The notes beneath the pieces are model-generated. The model worked only from the letters and a program-made list of their open reading frames with translations. It was not told the origin of the DNA and ran no database searches. A stretch of 64,000 bases of DNA, from the NCBI GenBank assembly GCA_032718475.1, contig JAUCBJ010000603.1:1-64000 (forward strand), in the 5' to 3' direction. This DNA comes from Nemertoderma westbladi. Lineage: Eukaryota > Animalia > Xenacoelomorpha. Positions 1 through 11,072 of this stretch are shown here, piece by piece. The translations under genes were made by a program, and so were the position numbers. Position 1 is the first letter of the stretch. Each line of letters opens with the position of its first letter.

Positions 1-1181
1 AACTGTGATTTTGTATATTTTATAGACTTAAATCCCATTTTCTGGGAGCGGTGTAAAAGCTTCTGTGGGATATAACTGGCCCCTTTTGCTTCGCAATCCA
101 GTTTCCCCCCAGGCGCTGGAATACTCTAAAAAGGTTCTCTAACTGTATATATATTCCCCTCGCCCGCAAGGTACCGTTACAGGTGTTTTAACGGACATAA
201 AAGTCATTCTGCTATATACGTGTTTTGGCGGACATGGTAAGGCAAAAAACCTGTAATGCACCAACTACCTTTCACAGCTTAGCCGTGATGATTCATATTA
301 CGACATCTAACAGCTGGTTGCTGACATGGAAACAGCCATTGGACGCATGGTTCTTTGTTTGGCTTGAGCCAATCAGAGCGATTTTTCCTGTCGACGTGTA
401 GCTTTTCAGCCGATCATAAGGAGAGTGTTCAGTCTTACTGTTTTTACTTGATACTTTGTTGTTATTGCTGTCTAAGCCAGAAACACCGGCCTTTTGGGAA
501 GAACTCTAGTAAAACTGCTTAAATTATCGAAAGTATAAACTGTTACCTAATTAATCAATCGAATCGAAAGAACTCACTAGCTCACTTAATTTAATTGCAT
601 TAATCATATTGTTTGTACTGTTATTTTACCGTCAGTTATTAATTGTACCTATTTGTTGATGGAAATATTGCTCTTTGGATAATACGGATAAATCACCCAA
701 ATTCCCAATTTTCTTGATACACTACAGGTTAGAGAGACCGGCTATACATAACAATTGCGATTTATATTAATGTGGTGTGTATTGAATCCAATGTTATTTA
801 GCAGACCCTACGTGAGTCAATTGCTGCTCTCTTTATGTGTGATCAAATATACTGACGGTCGGCAGAATAGTGTGTATGATTGTGATTGGTAACAAAGTAT
901 TTCCTAAAGAATACGCTTTATACTTCAATCATAAGCAGTATCGTTGCGTTTTAGTATAAGCCTTAGTTCTGTTTAAATAGATAAAGCGCCACGTCCTAAA
1001 GGAACTGTTAATATTTCCCGAAAGCCAATAATATCTGTCAGAGATTAATTATTAACGATCTATCGAATAATACAGTAGGTATACACTGCAACCTTACACT
1101 GCAATAATAAAATTTAAGCATCCGAATTCAGTCTCCCGGGTGTAGATCCATCGGGTGAATGATCGCGCATGGGCTGACTTC
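1..1181 (+). mobile_element. 3' end of a BEL/Pao LTR retrotransposon related to element A (3' UTR, PPT and truncated 3' LTR starting TGTAAAAGC at 52)
   Basis: Bases 1-60 are nearly the exact reverse complement of 3205-3263. 52-1181 aligns, with divergence, to the reverse complement of the element A LTR. It stops about 100 bp short of the LTR end where the satellite begins. Confidence 0.85.
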
Positions 1182-2021
1182 AGCCACTGTGATATTAGAC
1201 TATAGGCGTTTCAGCAACTGTAATAGTGGACTACTGTATATGTGTTTCAGCCACTTTAATACTTGTCTATATGCGTTTCAGCAGCTGCAATAGTGGATTA
1301 TATGCATTTCAGCCACTGTAATATTAGACTATAGGCGTTTCAGCAACTGTAATAGTGTACTACTATATGTGTTTCAGCCACTGTAATACTTGTCTATATG
1401 CGTTTCAGCCACTGTAATATTATACTATAGGCGTTTCAGCAACTGTAATAGTGTACTACTGTATATGTGTTTCAGCCACTATGTAATACTTGTCTATATG
1501 CGTTTCAGCAGCTGTAATAGTGGACTATATGCGTTTCAGCCACAGTAATATTAGACTAAGACTATAGGCGTTTCAGCAACTGTAATAGTGTACTACTGTA
1601 TATGTGTTTCAGCCACTATGTAATACTTGTCTATATGCGTTTCAGCAGCTGTAATAGTGAATTATATGCGTTTCAGCTACTGTAATATTATAGGCGTTTC
1701 AGCAACTGTAATAGTGGACTACTGTATGTGTTTCAGCCACTGTAATACTTGTCTATATGCTTTTCAGCAGCTGTAATAGTGGACTATATGCATTTCAGCA
1801 ACTGTAATAGTGTACTACTGTATATGTGTTTCAGCCACTATGTAATACATTGTATATATGCGTTTCAGCAGCTGTAATAGTGGACTATATGCGTTCCAGC
1901 AACTGTAATAGTGGACTACTGTATATTCGTTTAGCCAGTGTCATAAGTGGACTACGTGTTTCAGCCAGTGTAATACTTGTCTATATGCGTTTCAGCCACT
2001 GTGATATTAGACTATAGGCGT
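1179..2021 (+). repeat. Satellite array, ~30-bp monomer (GCGTTTCAGC[C/A]ACTGTAATAGTGGACTATAT and variants)
   Basis: Directly visible tandem repeat. Confidence 0.95.
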
Positions 2022-3213
2022 TGTTCGTGCTTTTAGACCTTTAGCAGTTTAACCCGCTAATTTTAGGTGTCTTTTAGTTTGTAAATCGACTTTAGCCTAT
2101 GACGAGTATTGGATACACTACATTAGCCAAAGCCAGCCTATGCGCGACCACTCACCCGCTGGATTTACCTGGGAGACTGGATTCGGGGGCTCTGACCTTA
2201 TTGCGGTGTATGCCTTCTGTATTATTCGATTGATCGTTAATATATAATCTCTGACAAATATTATTCACTTTCGGGAAATATTAACAGTTCCCTTTGGACG
2301 TGGCGCTCTAAATATATAAACAGAGCTATGACTTACACTAAACACAACGGGATGGCTAATGATTCACGTATAAGGCGCATTCTTTAGGAGATGCTTTGTT
2401 ATCTGTCACAGTCATGCACACTACCGGTACCGCACAATACTGCACACTGATCTGCCGACCTTCACTAATTTTAGTCACATATAAAGAGAACAGCAATTGA
2501 CCCATGTAGTACCTATGAAATAGCATTAGATTCACTTCAAAACCACTTTAATGTAAGTCGCAATCGTTATATGTAACCGGTCTCTCTTACCTTCAGTATA
2601 TCAAGAAGATTGAGGGTTTGTAATTATTTATCGGTATTCCAAATATAATAATATTCCATCAACAGATATAATGAATAACCGACAGTAAATAGCAGTAAAA
2701 ATGTTAAGGCATAAATTGTTATGATATGTGATTTGGTATGGTATGATTAGTTAAGTAAGATAACAGATATACGTTCTATAATTAAGCCTACTAATGTTGG
2801 GCTAAAGACTGAAAACACAGAGATTCCAAAAGCCGGTCTTCTGGGCTCAGGACAAAATGTAAACATTGACCCATAATGCATTGCGCGATTTCCCGGAGGT
2901 TTCTGTACAAAAAGCAGGAGAATCGCTCTGATTGGTTGACCGAACAAAGAAACACCAGAGAACAAGGGAAAAGCTACACGTGTACAGCTCAGCTGTTAGC
3001 TGTCGTCATAGTAACTACACTGTTTCAAGAGGATCTAGCGCATTGCGTCATAGAATTGCTAATTATATCCGCTAAAGTACACATACAGAAGAAATGGCTT
3101 TTATGTCCTCTAAAACACCAGTACAGTAAGGACACGGCCTTTTATGCCTGTTAAACCAACTACAGAGTACTTTGCGGGGAAAATAACCGGCTAATTCCGC
3201 AAAAGCTTTTACA
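2022..3213 (-). repeat. 3' LTR of element A
   Basis: Direct repeat of 13951-15142, preceded on the minus strand by the PPT-like TTTTCTGGGAGCGG (3214-3227). Confidence 0.95.
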
Positions 3214-3290
3214 CCGCTCCCAGAAAATGGGATTTAAGTCCATAAAATATAAAAATCACAGTTTCTAAAATATAAAAATACTCTAAACAG

Positions 3291-4931
3291 TTAGTCTTTC
3301 TTACGCGGACGGCGTTTACGCAGTTTTTTGACGCTAGCAAGAGTCCTTTTCTCTTTGGGGCGAGCCACTTTACTAGGAGGGCTGTAACTCCTGGGTGAAG
3401 GGTGCAATACAATTGCATCAGAAGGTTTAGGATTACGATCGGTGTATCCGCCGGTCGAGGTACCTGGTTGATCGATATCAACTTCAGTGGAGCGAGGTCT
3501 AACGGCCTTTAGGGCGCGTCTTAGGACAGCAGCTCCTACGGGTCCTTGACGGGTCGTCTGGACAATGGCGGTAGGTGGACCGTGAGTGGTGAGAAACTTC
3601 CTCGGTTTAATGGTTCTTTCCAGCTCGCGTTCTCGGGCTCGATATTCGTAGGGCCGTCGAGATACTTCCTGTAATTCAGGGTGCGAGTTGATAAATAAAT
3701 CGCCATACTCAGGGTCTTGACGGATGAAATTGATCAACTGATATGAAGTAATATCGTTAGGATTGACGTTCCTGAGATATTTTCGAACAAATTTGGTGGA
3801 AATACACTCACCAACACGCTTCATTAGTTCGTAACTCGGTGTGCGTGTTTTTTGTTCAACAGACGCGAATAAATAAGGATGGAACGCGTAAACTCCCTCG
3901 TAAGAGCGTCCAGGGTAATAGCGATGGCGGGACTCACAATGTAAATCCGCGTTCGCTTCCCAAGCTCGGATGTAGCGCAGGGTAATCATCTCATCTACGC
4001 TTTCTAAATCGCGGTTAAAGGGGCAATTATAACTGGCATGTCCTTTAAGTTGACAGTGGTGGCATTGAGTCATAAATTGGGGGCAGACTGCAAAAATGTG
4101 CGAGTTATTAAGTCTGCAATACGCACAATAGATCTCCATCATCAGTTGTTTGTGGAAATAGGAGCAGGGTATGTCTGAGTCGAACGAGCGTAGGTGATAC
4201 GTCAAACAAATTTCGCTCGAAACTCCCGTAAGTATAGCGAGTAAAACCGTGTTTAGTGCAACGTCTCCGCGGATGTTTAGGTCTTTCCGTTTGTTGGTTG
4301 GGTCTAGGGCACCCATCGCAATAATACCAAAGACGCACGTCTTGTAGGGGAAACGCGAGTGATCTCTCTCCAGTTCACAACACTCCCCCATCTGCTCGAA
4401 GCCATCCGGTACAACAGGTAGCGGTCGATCGGCGGTAAGATACATCATAGTGGAACAGAGCCGCTTGAGTTCCACCATGCGGTCATGATGTATACCTTGA
4501 GGATATCGAGTTTCTAGATTCTGTTGACTGGTAATATTGAGATATGTTTCTCTCAAGAATTCAAGATATTTGTTGAAGTCACTGCGTTTATCCGGCTCTT
4601 CAACATCTTCACTTTCGAGTCGGTTTCGAATAGAATTTTCGTGTTCGAGTCTCAGTTTATCGTTCCGCTTCCGCTGGGTATGATATTTAAATAAAACCAT
4701 TTCCCTTTCGGTGTCTATATCGTCCGTATCGTGTAGGTCGATAGGATGACCAGTAGTTAAGAAGTCCATATACGTACCATTACGATGCGTATAGCGAGCG
4801 GTGAATTTTCTATAGTCCAACTCAAGCGTGAGCTGCTCTTGGGACATTGGCGGTTTGATATAACGACCATCGTCCTCCGCAGCAGTTGGACCAGCATCGC
4901 CGCGTATTAAGCTATCAACAAACGCCTGCAA
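3291..4931 (-). CDS. Extra 3' ORF of element A: 546-aa tandem CCHC zinc-knuckle protein with a basic C-terminus, probably expressed by splicing
   Basis: Uninterrupted ORF containing CAYCRLNNSHIFAVC-PQFMTQ-CHHCQLKGHASYNC and ending KKLRKRRPRKKD. It starts at TTG inside an acceptor-like CTCTACTGTTGCAG|G (AG at 4927-4926). Confidence 0.8.
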   Translation of the reverse strand: MQAFVDSLIRGDAGPTAAEDDGRYIKPPMSQEQLTLELDYRKFTARYTHRNGTYMDFLTTGHPIDLHDTDDIDTEREMVLFKYHTQRKRNDKLRLEHENSIRNRLESEDVEEPDKRSDFNKYLEFLRETYLNITSQQNLETRYPQGIHHDRMVELKRLCSTMMYLTADRPLPVVPDGFEQMGECCELERDHSRFPYKTCVFGIIAMGALDPTNKRKDLNIRGDVALNTVLLAILTGVSSEICLTYHLRSFDSDIPCSYFHKQLMMEIYCAYCRLNNSHIFAVCPQFMTQCHHCQLKGHASYNCPFNRDLESVDEMITLRYIRAWEANADLHCESRHRYYPGRSYEGVYAFHPYLFASVEQKTRTPSYELMKRVGECISTKFVRKYLRNVNPNDITSYQLINFIRQDPEYGDLFINSHPELQEVSRRPYEYRARERELERTIKPRKFLTTHGPPTAIVQTTRQGPVGAAVLRRALKAVRPRSTEVDIDQPGTSTGGYTDRNPKPSDAIVLHPSPRSYSPPSKVARPKEKRTLASVKKLRKRRPRKKD

Positions 4932-5794
4932 CAGTAGAGTATATCTCCCCTGACACCAAGATCATCTTCTATCAACTCAGTCATATCTGCTATATGAGTT
5001 TATTAATATTATAATGAGTTTATATTTAGGCTAGCGGGCGTCGCTGCCTACCCCTCTCTGCCCCCGGACAGTGCAAGATCCTCAGCGCTGGTGTACTTTC
5101 GCCGATGTGCCTATCACCAACGTCGTAGCTGCACAACGACCACAACAAGTCACTCCACCGTCCGTCCCAAAGGCTTAGATATACTTCAGGTTCTTACTGG
5201 AGAGTTAGGGCTACTTTCACAATTGCGACTCGCTACTGTAAACACACTTTAGTCGTAACATTCACCTATAAACGCACAAATTCCACACAACTGTCACAAA
5301 CTGTACACATTCGGGCAATTTGTCCGTTAGTCAGTGCCTTCCAGAATGTCACTTTATTATTATGTATCCTTGGATACTAACAGTGCGCTATTTATTCCCT
5401 ATGCTATTCAATGGGACAAGCTTTCTATTGCTCTTTTAACTTACTTCTAATTCTAGCGTGGTTGTTGCCATGGTGACATTATGGAAAGCTAGCGGTAGAA
5501 TTAGGGTAATTCTCATGCATACAGATCTGGGATGCTATTTAATAGTAATTCTTTAATTGTCAATATCCTCTCTATACATGATTTTATGAATTTTATCGGC
5601 TATTGACTATATATTGGAGATTCTCGCACACTAATACACTTAATAGAGTGAATCTCCGCTCCCATGATCTATTAATTAAAGGAATTTTGGGAATATTATA
5701 AATTGCATGAAAATGACAATTTATTAAATTCATTAAAAATATGAATTTAAATTTATTCCCGTAAATTTTATTATTTAATATTAAATAGACACAA

Positions 5795-6075
5795 TTTTAT
5801 TCCAGAACATGTCTGGGGACTAGGATCCTTGATTCTAGGAAATTGGTCTTTTTAAGAATATCGGTAAGTGCTACGATATCTTAATAGACTAGGATTTTGA
5901 AGGATCTAAAATTTGACAGATTTTGTAAATATTAATAATTAATATTTAGGATGGGCACCAGTTTATTCCAGAACTTGTCTGGGGACGTTAACCACTGATT
6001 CTAGAATTTTGTCTTTCAAGTATATCAGTGGGTGCCGCGATATCTTAATCGACTAGAATTACAGATGGTCAAAGG
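5795..6075. repeat. Diverged ~165-bp direct duplication in the spacer between pol and the extra ORF of A
   Basis: TTTATTCCAGAAC(A/T)TGTCTGGGGAC...GATTCTAG...GATATCTTAAT occurs twice. Confidence 0.7.
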
Positions 6076-6608
6076 GTTTAACAGATTTATTTTGCGTTAT
6101 ACGCTACTGTTAAAGGGACATCACGCTACTATATGTATTATTTAATATACGGTATGAGAGCAATATCGCACGAAGCAATGTCAGTGAGAAGAGGCAAGTC
6201 GTTTCCAAGGTCTACCCAGAGCTTGGTTTAGCCGAGACACGAGGATCTGAATTTTGCATTCCTAATACTCTACTTTACCAATAATACTTGAATATAGTAG
6301 GAGCTTTATTGTACTTTAATAAGTACGGATATTTCATCTTACTGTAGTTACGTATTTGTAATGTAATACGGACAGTAAGGAAAGAGAAAAATAATTATTT
6401 CTTGCCGTCGCACTAAATATATAATATATAAGTAATTAAGTAATAAATGCGAATATATATTGCACTAATAATAATCGCTAAAATAACATTCTACTAAATA
6501 AAATTAAAGAAAACGATTATAATAAAATTACATAATACTACATACATAAATATAAAATAATAAAAACAAATATAAAATAATATAGTCACACACCCACTCC
6601 AGACGCTG

Positions 6609-9600
6609 TTACGTTGGGGAGTCCCTAGATGTTTGTTGGATTAGGGAGGTGGTCGTGGGAAGAGTATCTTGCCTTCCATAGTTTCCGGACAGTTCTCGGT
6701 CTCTTTCCAGTAAACATAAACGACCAACTGGGCGATTGAGCTGCTGTGTCTCGAAGACAATTCCAGGTTTCCTCTTCGTCCTGGAATAGTGACGATAGAA
6801 ACATCGCTTCAAATACACGACGGCCTTACAAAGCCGATTCCAGGATCTATAGTGGTCCATCGCTCCCGGCAGGAGAGGTGAGAGTCCCGGCGAGACGTCT
6901 GGTATTCCAGATCTCCAGTCTCTCTCTCTGATCTCCACAACAGATCGGTTCGCGGTGGGGGAGTTTAGATCCACAGCGTCGTCCCTGGCAATGTGTAATA
7001 CAGACAGATCTATCACGGGTTTAAATAACCTTGATTTACTCGTCCGGGTTTTAGGTTTGACTTTCTCCGCTCCCTTGGCTTGTCTAATCTCAGCCGTGGT
7101 AAGATGGGGAGGCCATTCATCTTCTTTACATAGGAAGTCGGGTCCACCTAACCAGTCTGGAGAATCTGTCAGTTCTTGATGAGTTGCTCCTCTGGAAGCG
7201 ATGTCGGCTAGATTAATCGTCTCGGGGCAATGTCTCCATTGATCTACATTGGAGTTAATATCGTCATTATCTGAGGAGTATGGTGTTCCCTCAGTTGGGT
7301 CGTCTAACTCACTGCTCTCCGCTTCCCATTCACTTACTTGGTATACCCGTTCTTTTGGTAACCTTTCTATGAGAGTTCTACGGGAAGGGCCAGTAAGGTA
7401 CCAACCTACTCTAGTTCTTCCCGCATAGGCTTGTAGTGGTTGCGGTTGAGCAGGCCGTTTCTCCAATGTCTCAAGCGCCTCATGCGCATTTTGGCCGATG
7501 AGTATTTGCACTCCAGGGTAGTCTGTGTTGAATCTAGGTATATTAAGCTGCTGGGTGGAATCGTCCTCATCCCAGTTATAAGGTTCTACTTGGCTGGTAG
7601 CGAAGTTCTTTATCGCCACCATTTTTACTGACCTTATGCTGTGTTCTCCTAGTTCATCCTGGGGGGTGGACAACGCACCTACATAATAATCCGTTATTAC
7701 TGTAGATTTCCAAACCTGCATAATTCCTGACATGTTTAACTTAGTTCGGAACTTGGGTTGTCCAGCAAAGATGTCTTCGGCTAGTTCTTTGTCGATGAAT
7801 GTTCCTGTGCTACCGGAGTCAAGGAGGACGTTCACTGTATAACTCCTTTTAAGTCCGTGGACCCTTAACTGTACTACTGGAAATTCTCGGATTCCTACAT
7901 TGGAAGTTGGTGCTTTCCAAGATGGTTGTCGGTCAGAAGTAGTTAGGGGGAGCTCGCTGTCGGTGTCCTTTCCATACGTAAGTGCTCGATACACTGCGGT
8001 ATTTATCAGGTAACAGGATTCGTTTTCGTCGGAGAATTCGTCCGTATAGAATCCTTCCATCTCAGAACTTTGGTCAGTGTCGTTCACATCACTGAATTGG
8101 ACATGTAGTTCGGACTCACTTACCTGACTCGGGCTGTTTCGATCGAATTCAGTGTGCAACAAGATATGATGTTTTACGCCGCACTTTGCACACCTTGCGT
8201 CGGAATAACAGGTTCGCCGTTGGTGTCCTCGTCTGAGGCAATTATAACACAACCGCTTATCCCACATGACCTCACGTCTGTCCTTTAGTGATTTCCTCAG
8301 GAATTCATCACACGCATTTAAACGGTGGGGCCCGTCACACAGCACACATTTTGGTTTGATGTTACTTACCTTACTTTGGGTAACGTTGTGCACACTCGTT
8401 CTTTCCTTGGGCTTTCTTACATGAATTCTCTTAGGAGACGTAGGAGGAGTTTTTCTTACCTGTTTTCTCCTGTCATTGGTTCGAGACTTGAATTTACTTA
8501 CGTCCTTCGGCGCTTTGTTGTCATAGTGAGATCTTTCAGTGTCTTTCCCGCTGTCTTCCTCTTGAGAAGCCTGGCTTTCGCCGTCATCTGTATAACACAC
8601 TGGTATTACCGTTCTCATAGAAACGGGTTTCTCACTTACCTTGTCTTCCGGTGTCTTCTCTCTGGACTGCCTTAGGAGCTGTAATTTTACCTCTCCATCT
8701 AAGAATGACATGAGATCAGCCATGGTATGGTCTCGTCGTTGTTGTTCCATCATATATAACACTTTCTTGTCCCAGCGTGTACCTACTCCACCCTTGGGCA
8801 AAGTAGATGCTAAGGCTCCTACAACCATAGAATTCTGGTATTCATGAGACTTACCTAACCAATCTAGTTGTCTACAGATCTCCTGAATCTCGTCGGAAAA
8901 CTCTATAATCCCGCTGCTAAGAAACTTTCGGGGCGCCATTAATTTCGCATATAAATACCTAGCTATGTTAGTCCTATTACTATACCTGATGTTCAGTGTA
9001 TCCCAAACTTGTCTTAATCCATCTGGATGTCCAATAAACTTTAACGCCATTAACTTGGGAGATCCTTCCAAGCACTTGATGAGGAATCTAAGTTTCTCTC
9101 CATTAGATAGCACAGAGTTCTGTATGTTATCTTTGTAATATTCATTAAAAGGTAACCATTTCATCTCATCTCCATTGAACTTGACTATCTCTCCCACCTT
9201 TACCGCTTGACGGGCTTCGGTTCTAGCCATTTGACGCGTAAAACTTTCTTGGGCCATCGTGTTATTTAATATCGAGTTATCGGTATATAAATTTCTCGGA
9301 TTATGATCAGGTCTATATGGAATATCATTGTCAACAGGTTTATAATTACCCTTAATAGGGTTTACTATAGGAGTTTCCACTTCGCTAGCAGTATAGATGC
9401 GTGTAGGCTCCACACCTTGCGCATGAAATACTTCAGACCTAACAGGTTGACACATTGTTACAGGGGGTGGTGGTATACCCCTTTGTGTATTTACTAATTT
9501 ATCGCGTTCTAACGCGATACTTTGCTGCACTTCTTGCAACTCTAACCTACTTTCCCTTACTGTGCCCTTGAACTGCTTAACAGTCTCCTGCATCTGCCCG

Positions 9601-10943
9601 AGCAGGAGATCCATCCCCCGCCGTCTCTCATCCACCCACTCGACCGCCGAAGCGGGAGCCGCCAACGTTGTAGCGGGCGGACGAGGGACAACGGGCGACA
9701 AATTATTAATATTTCGCTCGGAGTCCAGAACATGAACTGTCTCCTGGGCTGTTCTGCTGGGCACAGGTAGCTTAGTGCTCAAAGGGAATCTAGAGGTAGG
9801 TTCTGGGAGTACAGGTGTCTCTATCACCGAAGGGGTGGATTCGAGAACAGGCCTAATTATTTCAGGCTCATCTACTATAGTAGGGAGTCTGTCTATTTTA
9901 ATAATTTGGTCTAGGGGTTCTGTACTACCTAAGTCTGTGCTAGCTAGTTGTTTTCGAACAGTTGGGGGCAAATCAAGCAATTTCTGACGTTGGGACATTC
10001 TTCTACGTCTGCTGAGACGAGATCTATTTCCTCCACCTTCAGTATCGGTGGTATCGCCTTCCTCAGATGATGTATATCCTTGTCGTTTGGGAGTAGATCG
10101 ACTCATCATCTGCATTTGACTAGCTGTTAACTGTTTATTGAAGTTGTCCTGCCTCTCTTGAAGATTTTCCAACTCTAGTTGGGTTGTCTCTTCAGATGCC
10201 CTCCGTTCTGCCTCTGCCACTGCCGCTTTTCTTTCTGCTTCGGCCGATGCCACTGCCGCCTTTCTTTCCGCTTCGGCCGCTTTTCTTTCCGCTTCTACTT
10301 CTGCCGCTGCCGCTGCTGCTGTCTTTCTGTCTTCTATACGTTTTTTCCTTACTTGCTCCTCTTGAACCTTAGTGATGCGGATGCTTTCATTGAATTTAGC
10401 TTGGTTCGCAGCTAACCTATCCATATCGATTGCGTCCAACACAAGCTTGGCTCCTTCACTATTAGGGCTAAGTCCATCTAGCCTTCTCCTCAACTCTTCA
10501 TCTCCTACAAAACGTTGATAGTCCGACAGATAGATGTCAATAGCATCCCTCTTATGCGGTTTCTCCACCGTAGCTTCACTTTCCACTTGGGAAAATGTAG
10601 CGTCTGTGGATTCTCCATGGGTTGAGCACTCAGCTAACTGAGATTTCCACGGGGCAGTTCTTTGAACTTGGAGACTCACCCGCTGTAACCAAGTCTTTAC
10701 GGCAACTTGCAACGACGTGTCTTGTTTTCTTTTCGAAGCCTCCTCAAAGGCCGATAGGATTAGTCTGATTCTTAGAATTCTTTCTCGAACTTGATAAAGC
10801 AGCTCTCCCTGCTCTTGAGGTCCTTCTGGTTGTCTAAACAATTGTTCTTCTAATCGCTCCATGGAGCTGAAGAATCCCTGTACGTATCCGGCTGCGGACC
10901 TCTTCCACACAGCTGGATCGATGGTTTCCTTGGTTACTCCCAT
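6609..10943 (-). CDS. gag-pol: BEL/Pao Gag-protease polyprotein with an in-frame deletion of RT and most of RNase H; no integrase
   Basis: DUF1759-like Gag (KFNGDEMKWLPF...EKLRFLIKCLEG), three Cys/His knuckles, protease LLDSGS, then directly the distal RNase H motif QWRHCPETINLADIASRG...WLGGPDFL. Confidence 0.9.
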   Translation of the reverse strand: MGVTKETIDPAVWKRSAAGYVQGFFSSMERLEEQLFRQPEGPQEQGELLYQVRERILRIRLILSAFEEASKRKQDTSLQVAVKTWLQRVSLQVQRTAPWKSQLAECSTHGESTDATFSQVESEATVEKPHKRDAIDIYLSDYQRFVGDEELRRRLDGLSPNSEGAKLVLDAIDMDRLAANQAKFNESIRITKVQEEQVRKKRIEDRKTAAAAAAEVEAERKAAEAERKAAVASAEAERKAAVAEAERRASEETTQLELENLQERQDNFNKQLTASQMQMMSRSTPKRQGYTSSEEGDTTDTEGGGNRSRLSRRRRMSQRQKLLDLPPTVRKQLASTDLGSTEPLDQIIKIDRLPTIVDEPEIIRPVLESTPSVIETPVLPEPTSRFPLSTKLPVPSRTAQETVHVLDSERNINNLSPVVPRPPATTLAAPASAVEWVDERRRGMDLLLGQMQETVKQFKGTVRESRLELQEVQQSIALERDKLVNTQRGIPPPPVTMCQPVRSEVFHAQGVEPTRIYTASEVETPIVNPIKGNYKPVDNDIPYRPDHNPRNLYTDNSILNNTMAQESFTRQMARTEARQAVKVGEIVKFNGDEMKWLPFNEYYKDNIQNSVLSNGEKLRFLIKCLEGSPKLMALKFIGHPDGLRQVWDTLNIRYSNRTNIARYLYAKLMAPRKFLSSGIIEFSDEIQEICRQLDWLGKSHEYQNSMVVGALASTLPKGGVGTRWDKKVLYMMEQQRRDHTMADLMSFLDGEVKLQLLRQSREKTPEDKVSEKPVSMRTVIPVCYTDDGESQASQEEDSGKDTERSHYDNKAPKDVSKFKSRTNDRRKQVRKTPPTSPKRIHVRKPKERTSVHNVTQSKVSNIKPKCVLCDGPHRLNACDEFLRKSLKDRREVMWDKRLCYNCLRRGHQRRTCYSDARCAKCGVKHHILLHTEFDRNSPSQVSESELHVQFSDVNDTDQSSEMEGFYTDEFSDENESCYLINTAVYRALTYGKDTDSELPLTTSDRQPSWKAPTSNVGIREFPVVQLRVHGLKRSYTVNVLLDSGSTGTFIDKELAEDIFAGQPKFRTKLNMSGIMQVWKSTVITDYYVGALSTPQDELGEHSIRSVKMVAIKNFATSQVEPYNWDEDDSTQQLNIPRFNTDYPGVQILIGQNAHEALETLEKRPAQPQPLQAYAGRTRVGWYLTGPSRRTLIERLPKERVYQVSEWEAESSELDDPTEGTPYSSDNDDINSNVDQWRHCPETINLADIASRGATHQELTDSPDWLGGPDFLCKEDEWPPHLTTAEIRQAKGAEKVKPKTRTSKSRLFKPVIDLSVLHIARDDAVDLNSPTANRSVVEIRERDWRSGIPDVSPGLSPLLPGAMDHYRSWNRLCKAVVYLKRCFYRHYSRTKRKPGIVFETQQLNRPVGRLCLLERDRELSGNYGRQDTLPTTTSLIQQTSRDSPT

Positions 10944-11072
10944 CCTGTGTATGTCTTCCCAGGCAGCTTCCGATAAGTCAAACGGGAGTCCGGGTCTGGG
11001 GAAGTTCCATTGCGACTCGACGATAGACTTCAGTTCTTCCCTTGTGTATCCCGCATAACTATCCTTAGTCGA

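Noticed and set aside
2747-3154. Short ORFs duplicated at 14676-15083 (likewise 43927 and 57701)
   Set aside because: They lie within LTRs, and the duplication reflects LTR identity
3291-4931. env gene call for the ORF in the env position
   Set aside because: No signal peptide, transmembrane anchor or fusion-protein features; it has zinc knuckles and an NLS-like tail instead
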